This document shows, piece after piece, positions 1 through 9,703 of a stretch of 64,000 bases of DNA. The notes beneath the pieces were generated by a model. It made no database searches and was not told the DNA's origin. It saw nothing but the letters and a program-made list of their open reading frames with translations. The DNA comes from Candidatus Omnitrophota bacterium (GTDB lineage Bacteria > Omnitrophota > Gorgyraeia > JAHJTE01), in contig JAHJTE010000001.1 in assembly GCA_018830005.1 (NCBI GenBank), forward strand, positions 129,332 through 193,331, read 5' to 3'. Position 1 is the first letter of the stretch; each line of letters starts with the position of its first letter. Position numbers and translations under genes: made by a program.

Positions 1-431
1 TGTTGCTTTTTGCTCAGGCAGGGACATTAAAATATACTGGAGCAACGAATGTAATAGCAAATAGCTTAGCACATATTGTAGGGCATAATCCGCGCCAGCT
101 TATCAGTGTTGTTCTCTGGAGTAGCGCAATAGGCTCAAGCATCCTTGATAATGTGGTGTTTGTTGCAGCCTTTATTCCGATTATCCATAGCTTCGAAGAG
201 ATAGGATTCAATATAACATCCCTCTGGTGGGCCTTACTTTTTGGCGGATGCTTTGGCGGTAATATTACCATGATTGGCTCTACAGCAAATATTGTTGCCC
301 TGGGTATTTTAGAAAAAGAACGTAATATCAAAATAGTATTTTTTGAATGGTTCTGGATAGGAGCGACTGTTGGTGTTTTTACCACTTGTATTGTTTGGTT
401 GGGATTGTTATTCTTGCCTTTCTATCGATGA
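1..431 (+). CDS. ArsB/NhaD/SLC13 (ion transporter superfamily) permease, C-terminal part
   Basis: Hydrophobic ORF truncated at the window edge, with SSILDNV and GGNITMIGSTANIV motifs typical of IT-superfamily permeases. Confidence 0.8.
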   Translation, partial: LLFAQAGTLKYTGATNVIANSLAHIVGHNPRQLISVVLWSSAIGSSILDNVVFVAAFIPIIHSFEEIGFNITSLWWALLFGGCFGGNITMIGSTANIVALGILEKERNIKIVFFEWFWIGATVGVFTTCIVWLGLLFLPFYR

Positions 432-444
432 TTAAATTTACGAG

Positions 445-1047
445 GTGGTCTTTATGATGATAAGATTCAGGCGTTATTTTTTTACAGGGCTTGCTGTATT
501 GCTTCCGATTGTTCTTACAGGCTACATTATTTTTGCTTTTTTCAATTTCGCTGAAAATTTGGTAGGTAAACACATTAACAATTATCTATCAAGCAATTTT
601 GGTTTTGATATCCCCGGTTTGGGATTGCTATTGGCTGCATTAATTATAATCATTGCAGGGTTCCTAAGTACTCATTTTTTCACAAGAAAAATTTTGCCTA
701 TTTTTGAAGGGATATTTTTACGCCTGCCTTTAATCCGTCAGATTTATCCCGCAGTTAAGAAAATAGTTCAGTTTTTATTTTCTGAAAAGAGGCAGCTGTT
801 CAAGAAGGTTGTTCTTATCCAATATCCGCGCAAGGGTATATGGTCACTGGCCTTTGTTACCAATGAAGGCATACCTCAGGCAAGCAAGAAAATTGGCAAG
901 GAAATGCTTAATGTGTTTGTTCCAGGCACTCCGGGTCCTTTAACAGGTTTTTTTATTTTAGTGCCAAAAGAGGATGTGATTTCCTTGGATATATCTGCAG
1001 AGGAGGCCTTGAAACTTTTTGTTTCCGGAGGCGTGCTGAACCCTTAA
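445..1047 (+). CDS. DUF502 family membrane protein
   Basis: FFTGLAVLLP N-terminus, two TM helices, VVLIQYPRKG and VFVPGTPGPLTGF motifs. Confidence 0.85.
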   Translation: MVFMMIRFRRYFFTGLAVLLPIVLTGYIIFAFFNFAENLVGKHINNYLSSNFGFDIPGLGLLLAALIIIIAGFLSTHFFTRKILPIFEGIFLRLPLIRQIYPAVKKIVQFLFSEKRQLFKKVVLIQYPRKGIWSLAFVTNEGIPQASKKIGKEMLNVFVPGTPGPLTGFFILVPKEDVISLDISAEEALKLFVSGGVLNP

Positions 1048-1092
1048 AAACATAAATGAGCATTGATCTATACGACATGGGAGGTGGGCTGT

Positions 1093-1512
1093 ATGTCAAG
1101 AGCGCATGTTTTAAAAAGTGCAATACTTTTATTATCTATATTATTTTTTATTTCTAACTTTACATGTGCACAAGAGTCAAACCAGGATCTTGAAATAGAT
1201 ATCAGCTCTGAAGAATCACCCGATGTTGTATTAGAGGAAGAAGCATCTTCCCTAAAGGAGATCAAATGGGTATGGGGTGAGGTGATTGGAGTTGATAGTC
1301 TCAAGGAAGAGCTCTCCATAAGATACCTTGATTACGATTCAGATGCAGAGAAGGATAGAGTTTTTATTTTTGATAAAGATAGCAAATTTGAAAATATTAC
1401 TTCGCTTGAAAACATTGAGGCTGGCGATAGCGCCGGGATTGATTATTATATTGATGAAACCGGTAAAAATATAATAAAGTCAATAAGCATTGAGAAGTTG
1501 AATATTCCTTAA
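1093..1512 (+). CDS. Exported hypothetical protein with small OB-like beta domain
   Basis: GGAGG SD before ATG 1093, signal peptide, WGEVIGVD...IEAGDSAGIDY pattern; resembles 44285-44683. Confidence 0.6.
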   Translation: MSRAHVLKSAILLLSILFFISNFTCAQESNQDLEIDISSEESPDVVLEEEASSLKEIKWVWGEVIGVDSLKEELSIRYLDYDSDAEKDRVFIFDKDSKFENITSLENIEAGDSAGIDYYIDETGKNIIKSISIEKLNIP

Positions 1513-1520
1513 GGGTTATC

Positions 1521-2039
1521 ATGATTAAGTTCTTTAATTTTCTAAAGAATATCTTATTTGGTATTTGTGTTTTATTAGCTTTATTTTTTGCCTTCAATGA
1601 GCTGTACTTCCTAGATAGAGTCGCTTTTGTTTCACCACTGGCTAAAGATATAGAGCTGGTTATAAGAGATGATTCTTATGGCAATGGCCACTTTGGAGCA
1701 CGTCGTAAGGGTGGGCTGAAGCATAGAGGTATTGATTTTAGCGCTTCTGTCGGTACCCCAGTCTGCGCTGCAAGGAGCGGATGGGTTATTGGAGCGAGGA
1801 CATCCCGCAGTCTGGGTAAATATGTTGAGATTTACCATAAAGGCGGTTTTATTAGCCTTTACGGACATCTTGATAGTATCGAGGTAAACATGTTAGAGCG
1901 CGTTAGGCAGGGCGAGGTTATCGGTAGTGTAGGCAAAACCGGAAATGCAAATTACAAAGGAATGAAGGCGCATCTACACTTTTCGCTTATGAAGGATAAC
2001 AAGTTTCAGGACCCCGTCCAATTTTTGCCAAGTTTTTAA
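1521..2039 (+). CDS. M23 family metallopeptidase
   Basis: HRGIDF (HxxxD), YGHL and HLH zinc motifs; N-terminal TM helix. Confidence 0.9.
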   Translation: MIKFFNFLKNILFGICVLLALFFAFNELYFLDRVAFVSPLAKDIELVIRDDSYGNGHFGARRKGGLKHRGIDFSASVGTPVCAARSGWVIGARTSRSLGKYVEIYHKGGFISLYGHLDSIEVNMLERVRQGEVIGSVGKTGNANYKGMKAHLHFSLMKDNKFQDPVQFLPSF

Positions 2040-2075
2040 CTAAGCCCAAGCTAGGCCCTTACAACCACTTCTTAA

Positions 2076-4469
2076 ATGTCAGTTAACATGCGCGAAAAAG
2101 AAAAAAAGACCAATCCAGAGATATTGTTTATATTCCCAGGATTCCAGGATAACGCTCTATTATCTTTTACCCTTGATTATAATTTAGGCAGCGGCTATAT
2201 ATTAGCCTATCTAAAAAAGAAAGGCATTAGGGCCAAGCAGTTTATCCACAGAGATCCCATTACTTTAAATGAGTTGGCTGATAAGATATTGGACCAGGCT
2301 GGGCAAATAGTCGGCTTCACTTGTCTTGATATAAATTATTATTTTGTTAAACTTATTTCACAGCTATTAAAAAAAAGAAATCCCAAATTAACTATTATAG
2401 CTGGCGGACCAACAGCTACTTTTTCTGATAAATTAATCATGCAGGATAATTCAGCTATAGACATATGCGTGCGGGCCGAAGCAGAGCAGAGTGCATATGA
2501 ACTGGTTAAGCGTCTAAGAACGAGTCAGGATATATCTGATATCCAGGGAATAACCTATCGTATAAAATCTAAACTCATGCGTAGCCCAGATAGACCTCCA
2601 ATAAGAGGCGATAATAAAGATGCAGGGCTAGATATCTTTCCCTCGCCTTATTTGGAGAATATCTTGGTCCCTGATGGTTGTATTGGAGTCTTGAGTTCTC
2701 GGGGATGTGTATTTAAATGTGTATACTGTAATTTCTCTGCAATGTCTGGATGGAGAATCAGTTATCACTCCGTAGATAGAGTAGTTTCTGAATTAAAGAT
2801 GATAAGTAACTGGCTTGAAAATAAAGACATACAGGCAAGGGCAAGAACAATAAGGATTATGGATGATGCATTTTCTCTAGATGTCGGGAGGGCGAAGCAG
2901 GTTTGTCGCAGGATTATTGAGGAAAAAATCCATCTGCCATTGGGGACTATGACGCGAGCAGATAGAGTGGATAAAGAACTACTTCACCTTATGTATAGGG
3001 CAGGATTTAAGGATATAGGTTTTGGATTAGAAAGTACTTCGCCCAGAGTATTACGTATCATAAAAAAGGTGAGGACAAACTTAAATAATGAGGATAACTT
3101 TCTTCCAGAAAAAAGATTCGTATCAAAACTTAAAGAAAATGTGAAAATAGCGAAAGAAATTGGATTAACGCCAAAAGTCAATATAATAATGGGCTTACCA
3201 GGCTCAAGCATTAAAGATGACAGAGAAACAGTGAGATTTGTTAGGCAGTTAGAACTCCCAGATTGTAGTTATAACTATTTGAGAATTTTTCAGGGAACAG
3301 AATTATCTAAGACATATAAAGATCATGGCTTAGAAATAATACGACCTTTAACGCGCCTTCCACTTCAGACCCAATATACATATGATGAGCGCAAGATGCC
3401 ACACATTAAGAATCACGACCAGTCTATAATTGAGATTAACACAGGGGAAGAGCTGAGCAGATTGTTGACTGGTACATATAGCAACACTTGCAAAGGGGCT
3501 TATCCTGACCTCCTGATGAGAGAAAATTATCTAGATTCAAAGACTCTGCACTGGTTAAGAAATTATGCAGAGATTGCTCCAGCTATAGGTTTCCTGACCA
3601 GCTATGCTGAAGATAAAGTTTTTTATCGACTTATGAAAAAAATTATTTCTGCAGGTTTGCCTATCTCAAATATTTATTTATTCTCTTTGCTTAATAATGA
3701 TGGCATAAATCCAGCTGATTTAAATCCTATATCCGGAAGATATAAAGTAACCTTTGCAAGTGAGATACTATCTAATAAAACTAAGCGGTTCCTAAATTTA
3801 GGCCTATTTAAATTTATCCCTTTTGGGAGCTATCGCAATAATCATTCAGCTTCCAAAGGCAGTAATGTTACTGATAAGTTGATTTTTAACCTATCTACTC
3901 CTAAGGATATAGAGAGTCTTATAGATTTAGCTTCCTTTTCTGATAATCTAATTTTAAAAGGTGACATGGCCAAATCTGATTGCTATTTTCTGGATGAATG
4001 TAGATTCTCTGACGAAGAGTGTCCTGCTTTAAGTTTTCGACGGGCCATAATAAATAGGGACAATTCGATTATTCCTTGTTTTAATGCTAAGCCGATAGCA
4101 AAGGTTGGTCAGGAACCAAAGACCATAGCCAGGAACATGAACATGCTATCGTCTAACTTGAAGAATAAGAGAGGTTGCAATAGTTGTCTAGCGAAAGATT
4201 CATGTCCCAAATGTCTCTTTCCTTATCCTTTGAGTGATAGAGAGTATTGTCGCTTAATACGCAATAGCCATTCAAAGATAAATATGATGTTTAAATTCTT
4301 TAGTGCTTTAAGGCGGCTGAGATTTGATTACAATGAGATAGAACCAAGATCAAATTTTAATAGGATGAAGGTTCAAATTGATAATGAACTGCTGATTACT
4401 ATAGGCAGGAGAAAATACCTATATAATAGCCATGTTGATAAGTTACATCGGCTAGAGAGAAGAGCCTAA
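2076..4469 (+). CDS. Cobalamin-binding radical SAM protein with C-terminal Cys-rich SPASM-like domain
   Basis: N-terminal B12-binding region (IIAGGPTAT), SRGCVFKCVYC CxxxCxxC motif, C-terminal IIPC...CNSCLAKDSCPKC. Confidence 0.85.
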   Translation: MSVNMREKEKKTNPEILFIFPGFQDNALLSFTLDYNLGSGYILAYLKKKGIRAKQFIHRDPITLNELADKILDQAGQIVGFTCLDINYYFVKLISQLLKKRNPKLTIIAGGPTATFSDKLIMQDNSAIDICVRAEAEQSAYELVKRLRTSQDISDIQGITYRIKSKLMRSPDRPPIRGDNKDAGLDIFPSPYLENILVPDGCIGVLSSRGCVFKCVYCNFSAMSGWRISYHSVDRVVSELKMISNWLENKDIQARARTIRIMDDAFSLDVGRAKQVCRRIIEEKIHLPLGTMTRADRVDKELLHLMYRAGFKDIGFGLESTSPRVLRIIKKVRTNLNNEDNFLPEKRFVSKLKENVKIAKEIGLTPKVNIIMGLPGSSIKDDRETVRFVRQLELPDCSYNYLRIFQGTELSKTYKDHGLEIIRPLTRLPLQTQYTYDERKMPHIKNHDQSIIEINTGEELSRLLTGTYSNTCKGAYPDLLMRENYLDSKTLHWLRNYAEIAPAIGFLTSYAEDKVFYRLMKKIISAGLPISNIYLFSLLNNDGINPADLNPISGRYKVTFASEILSNKTKRFLNLGLFKFIPFGSYRNNHSASKGSNVTDKLIFNLSTPKDIESLIDLASFSDNLILKGDMAKSDCYFLDECRFSDEECPALSFRRAIINRDNSIIPCFNAKPIAKVGQEPKTIARNMNMLSSNLKNKRGCNSCLAKDSCPKCLFPYPLSDREYCRLIRNSHSKINMMFKFFSALRRLRFDYNEIEPRSNFNRMKVQIDNELLITIGRRKYLYNSHVDKLHRLERRA

Positions 4470-4473
4470 AAAG

Positions 4474-5130
4474 GTGATAACTACTTCGTTTAACAATATT
4501 AAATTAGTCATCTTTGATCTCGATGGCACATTGATAGATGCTTATGAGGCGATCGAGTCCAGTTTTAATTTTACTATGAAAAAATTAGGACTACCCACAA
4601 AAAGTAAGTCAGTAATCAAAAGGGCTGTTGGCTGGGGAGATAAAAAGTTATTATCGCCTTTTGTGCCAAAAAAGGCATTGAATTCTGCCTTAAGGATTTA
4701 CCGGGCACATCATAGGGAGTCACTGCCGAAGAAATCGAGATTATTTTCAGGAGTCAGGAAGTTGCTTGGGAGATTATCTTCGAGGTATCATCTAGCTGTT
4801 GCAAGCAACAGACCGACAAGATTTTCCAAAATCATATTGAAGGCGCTTAATATAAATAAGTACTTTTCTTTTTTGCTCTGCGGGGATAGACTAAAGAGAG
4901 GCAAACCGCACCCAGAGATTCTTCGTAAGATTTTAAGGTATTTTCGTATGCAGCACGATGAAGCAATTTATGTCGGAGATATGGCCATTGATGTCCAGAC
5001 TGCCAATAGTGCAAAAATAAAATCAATTATTGTTACGACTGGTTCAAGCAGTTTGTACGAAATCAAGAGAGAAGCTCCATATCAAATAATATCAAATATA
5101 AAACAACTAGAGAAATTATTGATAACCTAG
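4474..5130 (+). CDS. HAD-IA hydrolase (phosphoglycolate phosphatase-like)
   Basis: FDLDGTL motif I, KPHP, VGDMAID. Confidence 0.9.
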   Translation: MITTSFNNIKLVIFDLDGTLIDAYEAIESSFNFTMKKLGLPTKSKSVIKRAVGWGDKKLLSPFVPKKALNSALRIYRAHHRESLPKKSRLFSGVRKLLGRLSSRYHLAVASNRPTRFSKIILKALNINKYFSFLLCGDRLKRGKPHPEILRKILRYFRMQHDEAIYVGDMAIDVQTANSAKIKSIIVTTGSSSLYEIKREAPYQIISNIKQLEKLLIT

Positions 5131-5164
5131 ATTAAATTGTTCACTCACTAAAAGGAGGCCTAAT

Positions 5165-5251
5165 ATGGGTACAGGCAGACGTAAACGTAGGGGCAAGCTT
5201 TCCTGGCGTTCAAAAAGAGCCAACAAAGGCAGGAAACCTTGTCGGGGATAA
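5165..5251 (+). CDS. 28-aa basic peptide, bL37-like ribosomal protein (MGTGRRKRRGKLSWRSKRANKGRKPCRG)
   Basis: Strong AAGGAGG SD, ATG 5165, stop overlaps the next start (TAATG); SKRANKGRKP resembles the bL37 SKANHGKRP motif. Confidence 0.7.
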   Translation: MGTGRRKRRGKLSWRSKRANKGRKPCRG

Positions 5252-6048
5252 TGGTTTTTCGTTATGTGCTTTTAGGGGTAATTCAGGGCCTAACTGAATT
5301 TTTGCCTATTAGTAGCTCCGGGCACTTAGTTATATTACACAGATTACTAGACACGGCAGAAGGCGATATTGTCTTTTATATCATAGTACATCTTGGTAGC
5401 CTTTGCGCCATAGTGCTTTTCTGTTGGCCGGAATTAAAGAATATTCTTAGCGCCATACTGAGGCGTACTTATGTTAAGCCAGGGCCCTATCTAAAGGTAG
5501 CTAAATTCTTAATTATTGCCAGTATCTTTACAGCAGTAATTGCCATTAGTTTCGATAATTTTATTGAACGCATGTTTTCTTCGCTTTGGGTAGTCGGAGT
5601 GTCTTTAGTAATTACTGGAGGGGTACTTTTTTTAACAAAGTTTAAGCAGGCTAGCTGTATGCGCCAAAGAGAAGATTTAAAGCTTACTGATGGGGCCTTT
5701 ATCGGTCTTGCCCAAGGCCTATCGCTTGTTCCGGGTCTTTCCCGCAGCGCTATGACGATTAGCTTTTGCATATTTAGAGGTATAGAACCTGTATTGGCAG
5801 TGCGTCTTTCTTTTTTGTTGGCGATTCCGGCAATAATCGGGGCTGGGCTCTATAAGATAAAAGAAATCACCTCTGTCAGTATTGACTTCGGATATTTGTT
5901 AATAGCCTTTATTAGTGCATTTGTTTTTTCTCTTTTGGCTTTAAGAATTTTGCTAGTTTTAGTTTCGAGATTTAAATTTTATCACTTTGCTTATTACTGC
6001 TGGGGGTTATCTGTTTTAATTTTCTTCTTTCTAATAAGGGGAGCTTAA
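5251..6048 (+). CDS. uppP: Undecaprenyl-diphosphate phosphatase
   Basis: QGLTEFLPISSSGH and PGLSRS motifs; start at the ATG overlapping the upstream stop. Confidence 0.95.
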   Translation: MVFRYVLLGVIQGLTEFLPISSSGHLVILHRLLDTAEGDIVFYIIVHLGSLCAIVLFCWPELKNILSAILRRTYVKPGPYLKVAKFLIIASIFTAVIAISFDNFIERMFSSLWVVGVSLVITGGVLFLTKFKQASCMRQREDLKLTDGAFIGLAQGLSLVPGLSRSAMTISFCIFRGIEPVLAVRLSFLLAIPAIIGAGLYKIKEITSVSIDFGYLLIAFISAFVFSLLALRILLVLVSRFKFYHFAYYCWGLSVLIFFFLIRGA

Positions 6049-6051
6049 CTT

Positions 6052-6345
6052 ATGAGTGATATAAAATCATTGACTCAACTTTGCAATAGAATCGCCAGAG
6101 AGAAAGGTTTCTGGGATGAGAAACGCAATGTGGGAGAGATGTTGATGCTTATTGTTACAGAGCTTGCCGAGGCCATGGAATCTTATCGTTTAAATGATAA
6201 GGAGAATTTTAAGGAAGAAATCGCTGATACATTTATTAGGCTTTTTGATTTAAGCGGCGGGTTGAACATCGATGTAGAAAAAGAGATTATGAAAAAAATG
6301 AAAAAAAACAAAAAACGGCCATATAAACATGGCAAGAGATGTTAA
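6052..6345 (+). CDS. MazG-like all-alpha NTP pyrophosphohydrolase
   Basis: ELAEAME...EEIAD motif and RPYKHGK tail. Confidence 0.8.
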   Translation: MSDIKSLTQLCNRIAREKGFWDEKRNVGEMLMLIVTELAEAMESYRLNDKENFKEEIADTFIRLFDLSGGLNIDVEKEIMKKMKKNKKRPYKHGKRC

Positions 6346-6359
6346 ACAAGGAGTAGATT

Positions 6360-6824
6360 ATGCTGGAAGAAAAAATCTTAGAGGATTTTAAACAGGCCAT
6401 GAAGGAAAAGGATAAGGTGCGTTCTTCAATTTTGAGTTTCCTGCGTGCACAATTTAAAAATGCAGCCATTGCAGAGAAAAAAGATAAGCTTGATGATGCT
6501 GAGGTTGCATCTGTTCTCAGAAAGGAAGCTAAACGGCATGAGGATTCTATAGAGCAATTCAAGAAAGGCAACCGTCAGGATCTGGTTGAGAAAGAGACAA
6601 AGGAATTAGAGATTATCAAGACTTACCTGCCCAAATCCTTAGAGGATGCCCAGATAAAAGAGATAATCTCTCAGGTATTAAAGGAATTTCCTGATGCAAC
6701 TATAAAGGATATGGGCAAAGTCATGAAACAGGTTATGGAAAAGGCATCTGGAAAGGCTCAAGGAGGACGCGTCAGCGCATTGGTTAAGCAGGCATTGACT
6801 AAAAGTGAATCGCCTCAAGAATAG
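6360..6824 (+). CDS. GatB/YqeY domain protein
   Basis: AMKEKDK, SIEQFKKGNRQDL, YLP and KDMGKVM motifs. Confidence 0.9.
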   Translation: MLEEKILEDFKQAMKEKDKVRSSILSFLRAQFKNAAIAEKKDKLDDAEVASVLRKEAKRHEDSIEQFKKGNRQDLVEKETKELEIIKTYLPKSLEDAQIKEIISQVLKEFPDATIKDMGKVMKQVMEKASGKAQGGRVSALVKQALTKSESPQE

Positions 6825-7041
6825 ATTTATAAAAGTAAAGGTCATAACAGGAGCATGCGAAAACAGGATTAAGCATGAAGGGGACAAGTTCAGGGTTTAT
6901 ACTACTGCCTCTCCTGAAAAGAATAGGGCGAATAAGTCTGTTATCGCTATCCTTGCCAAATTTTTTAATAAACGGCCACGAGATTTCCTGATAACTTGCG
7001 GGAAACATTCTAGAGAGAAGACCTTCCAGATTATCTCTTAA
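6805..7041 (+). CDS. DUF167 (YggU) family protein
   Basis: IKVKV...ASPEKNRANK...GKHSREK pattern. Confidence 0.75.
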   Translation: MNRLKNRFIKVKVITGACENRIKHEGDKFRVYTTASPEKNRANKSVIAILAKFFNKRPRDFLITCGKHSREKTFQIIS

Positions 7042-7065
7042 TTTAATAGGTTCTTGAACTAAAAC

Positions 7066-9045
7066 ATGATACATAGTAAGGATGAGTCCCTAATCGATTT
7101 AAGCAAGAGAAGGCGCGTGCTTCTAGTCGGCAATCCTAACGTTGGAAAGTCCGTAATCTTCAATCTGCTTACTGGTCAGTATGTCACTGTCTCCAATTAT
7201 CCTGGTACAACTGTTGAGATAGCAGAAGGTATTGCTAATTTCAACCCCAAATATACACTGATAATAGATACACCGGGGATAAATAATCTCTCTGTCTCCT
7301 CGGAAGACGAACGTGTTACCAGGGATTTAATATTCAACGAGAATGTCTCTGCAATTGTTCAGATTGCAGATGCCAAAAATTTAAAGCGCTCTTTGGTTTT
7401 AACCTTTCAGTTGATTGAGATAGGGAAGCCTTTAATATTAGTTTTGAATATTTATGATGAGGCTAAACAAAGAGGCATTAAGATTGATGTAGATAAGCTA
7501 TCTAAGATTCTAGGCATAGATTGTCTGCTTTCTGTGGCCACAGAGAAAATTGGCATAGAGGCCTTGCCTCAGCTCATATCCAAGGCAAAAATTTCTAATT
7601 TCAAAGTTGATTATGGTAGCGAGATTTCAAAATCATTAGATGAGCTTGCCTTTTTACCTTTAAACCGCTCCCCCGCTGTATTAGCCCAAAAAATTTATAG
7701 CTTGACAGATGAAGTTTACGTTTCGGATTATTTGGCTTATTCTAATCTATCTGGAGGTTTGAAAGTAAGGCTCGATGATGTCAGGGCTAAGTTACAGTCA
7801 AAATTATCAAAACCCATTTCTTTTATTGTAAACAACAGAAGAGCCATGGCCGCAGAGGAAATTATAAAACGGGTCTGTCGCCTTAGCGTTGACAGCTCAA
7901 AGGTGTTCTTGGAGAGCATCGGGAATATAATGCTTACTCCTCTAGGTGGCATAACCTTTGCTATTTTTATTCTATTTGTAATTTACAAATTTGTAGGAGG
8001 ATTTGGCGCGGGAATAATGGTTGATTTTTTCGAGGCGGTTTTGTTTCAGGAGTTTATTAATCCCAAAATAATTTATGTCGTAAATCGCTTGATTGGCTCT
8101 GCATTTTTGCGAGATTTTCTCATAGGAGATTATGGTTTGTTTACCATGGCTTTAACCTATGCCTTTGCAATAATCCTTCCTGTAGTGACTACTTTTTTTA
8201 TTGCCTTTGGTATTTTAGAGGATTCTGGATATTTACCTCGTCTTTCGGCATTAGCGGATAGATTGTTCAGAAAGATTGGTCTACATGGTAAGGCGGTTCT
8301 ACCGTTAGTATTGGGTCTAGGTTGCGATGCTATGGCTACTTTGACCACAAGAATATTGGATACACCCAAAGAGCGATTTATCGCCACCTTTCTTCTTTCT
8401 TTGGCAATTCCTTGTTCTGCCCAGTTAGGAGTTATTTTAGCGATGCTGAGCAGTATTTCAGTTAAGGCTACATTTATCTGGATCACCGTTATAGTTTCCA
8501 CAATGTTTCTGGCAGGGTTTGCCCTAGACAGTATGATTAAAGGAAGGCGTTCGGATTTTATTTTAGAAATCCCTCCTTTACGCCTGCCGCATGTAAATAA
8601 TGTTTTGACAAAATTATTCGCAAGGTTAAAATGGTACCTTAAGGAAGCAGTCCCAATTTTCCTTTTGGGTACGATTTTTCTGTTTATTCTAGATAGATTA
8701 AGCCTGCTTACAAAAATAAAAGAATTTTTCTCACCTGTAGTTATAGGCTTTTTGGGTCTGCCGCAAGAGGCGACAGAGGTATTTATACTTGGTTTCTTAA
8801 GGCGAGATTATGGGGTTGCTGGTTTGTATGTCTTAGCTCGAGAAGGGGCCTTGAGCAATCTACAAATCCTGGTAAGTATAATCGTAATTACACTCTTTGT
8901 TCCTTGTATCGCTCAATTTTTTGTGACTATGAGAGAAAGAGGCCTAAAGGTTTCTTTGTTGATATTCTTTTCAGTAATGACGATTGCGGTTTTGATAGGC
9001 GGTGCAGTTAATTTTATTATACAGTTTTTAAATATAGGGTTATAA
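7066..9045 (+). CDS. feoB: Ferrous iron transporter B
   Basis: GNPNVGKS, NYPGTTVE and DTPG G-motifs; LEDSGYLPR; gate Cys motifs GC and PC. Confidence 0.95.
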   Translation: MIHSKDESLIDLSKRRRVLLVGNPNVGKSVIFNLLTGQYVTVSNYPGTTVEIAEGIANFNPKYTLIIDTPGINNLSVSSEDERVTRDLIFNENVSAIVQIADAKNLKRSLVLTFQLIEIGKPLILVLNIYDEAKQRGIKIDVDKLSKILGIDCLLSVATEKIGIEALPQLISKAKISNFKVDYGSEISKSLDELAFLPLNRSPAVLAQKIYSLTDEVYVSDYLAYSNLSGGLKVRLDDVRAKLQSKLSKPISFIVNNRRAMAAEEIIKRVCRLSVDSSKVFLESIGNIMLTPLGGITFAIFILFVIYKFVGGFGAGIMVDFFEAVLFQEFINPKIIYVVNRLIGSAFLRDFLIGDYGLFTMALTYAFAIILPVVTTFFIAFGILEDSGYLPRLSALADRLFRKIGLHGKAVLPLVLGLGCDAMATLTTRILDTPKERFIATFLLSLAIPCSAQLGVILAMLSSISVKATFIWITVIVSTMFLAGFALDSMIKGRRSDFILEIPPLRLPHVNNVLTKLFARLKWYLKEAVPIFLLGTIFLFILDRLSLLTKIKEFFSPVVIGFLGLPQEATEVFILGFLRRDYGVAGLYVLAREGALSNLQILVSIIVITLFVPCIAQFFVTMRERGLKVSLLIFFSVMTIAVLIGGAVNFIIQFLNIGL

Positions 9046-9046
9046 C

Positions 9047-9703
9047 ATGAGTATGGATAAAAGAAATATTGAAGAACTACTTGAATTTTTCTGGATGCAA
9101 CGCGAAGATGGAAAGACTCAACTGGATAAAATCCTAGATTCCAAAGGCGAGAAAGTCAAAACAAGCGAAATTGATTATCTAGTTAAGGCAGGTTTTCTTA
9201 AGATAGAAGAGTCCTGCATTTATTTTCTTACTAAAGGTGAGACTATTGCCCGCAGGATAATTCGCGGTCATCGTCTCGCAGAAAGACTTTTTACTGATGT
9301 TTTGGGATTGGATATCAGAACAATTGAAAGTAATGCCTGTAAATTTGAACATATTGTTCATGATGAAGTTGCTGAAGCAATCTGTACATTGTTAGGACAT
9401 CCCAAGGAGTGTCCTCATGGCAGGCCCATACCCCAAGGTGAATGTTGTCTAAAGACAACGAAAGAAATCGCCAGAATCATCCTACCGCTTTCAGAGATGC
9501 CATTTGGCCAAAGGTGTAAGGTGGTCTATATTACCACCGGGCATTTGCACAGATTAAATAGATTATCTTCGCTGGGTGTCATGCCAGGAGTTGTGGTATC
9601 TCTGCGTCAGAGATTCCCCACCCCAATATTAGATGTAGAACATACTCAAATTGCCATCGAAGAGGAAATTTTAAAAGACATATATGTGCGCAGAATTAAC
9701 TAA
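9047..9703 (+). CDS. DtxR/MntR-family metal-dependent regulator with C-terminal FeoA domain
   Basis: HRLAERL, ACKFEH and CPHGRPIP motifs; RLSSLGVMPG FeoA motif. Confidence 0.85.
   Translation: MSMDKRNIEELLEFFWMQREDGKTQLDKILDSKGEKVKTSEIDYLVKAGFLKIEESCIYFLTKGETIARRIIRGHRLAERLFTDVLGLDIRTIESNACKFEHIVHDEVAEAICTLLGHPKECPHGRPIPQGECCLKTTKEIARIILPLSEMPFGQRCKVVYITTGHLHRLNRLSSLGVMPGVVVSLRQRFPTPILDVEHTQIAIEEEILKDIYVRRIN

Noticed and set aside
5239-5250. TTG start for uppP given by the ORF track
   Set aside because: ATG 5251, coupled to the upstream peptide's stop (TAATG), is more plausible
2076-5251. 28-aa peptide as a RiPP precursor for the radical SAM enzyme
   Set aside because: The peptide is uniformly basic and bL37-like, has no leader/core structure, and is coupled to uppP rather than to the radical SAM gene
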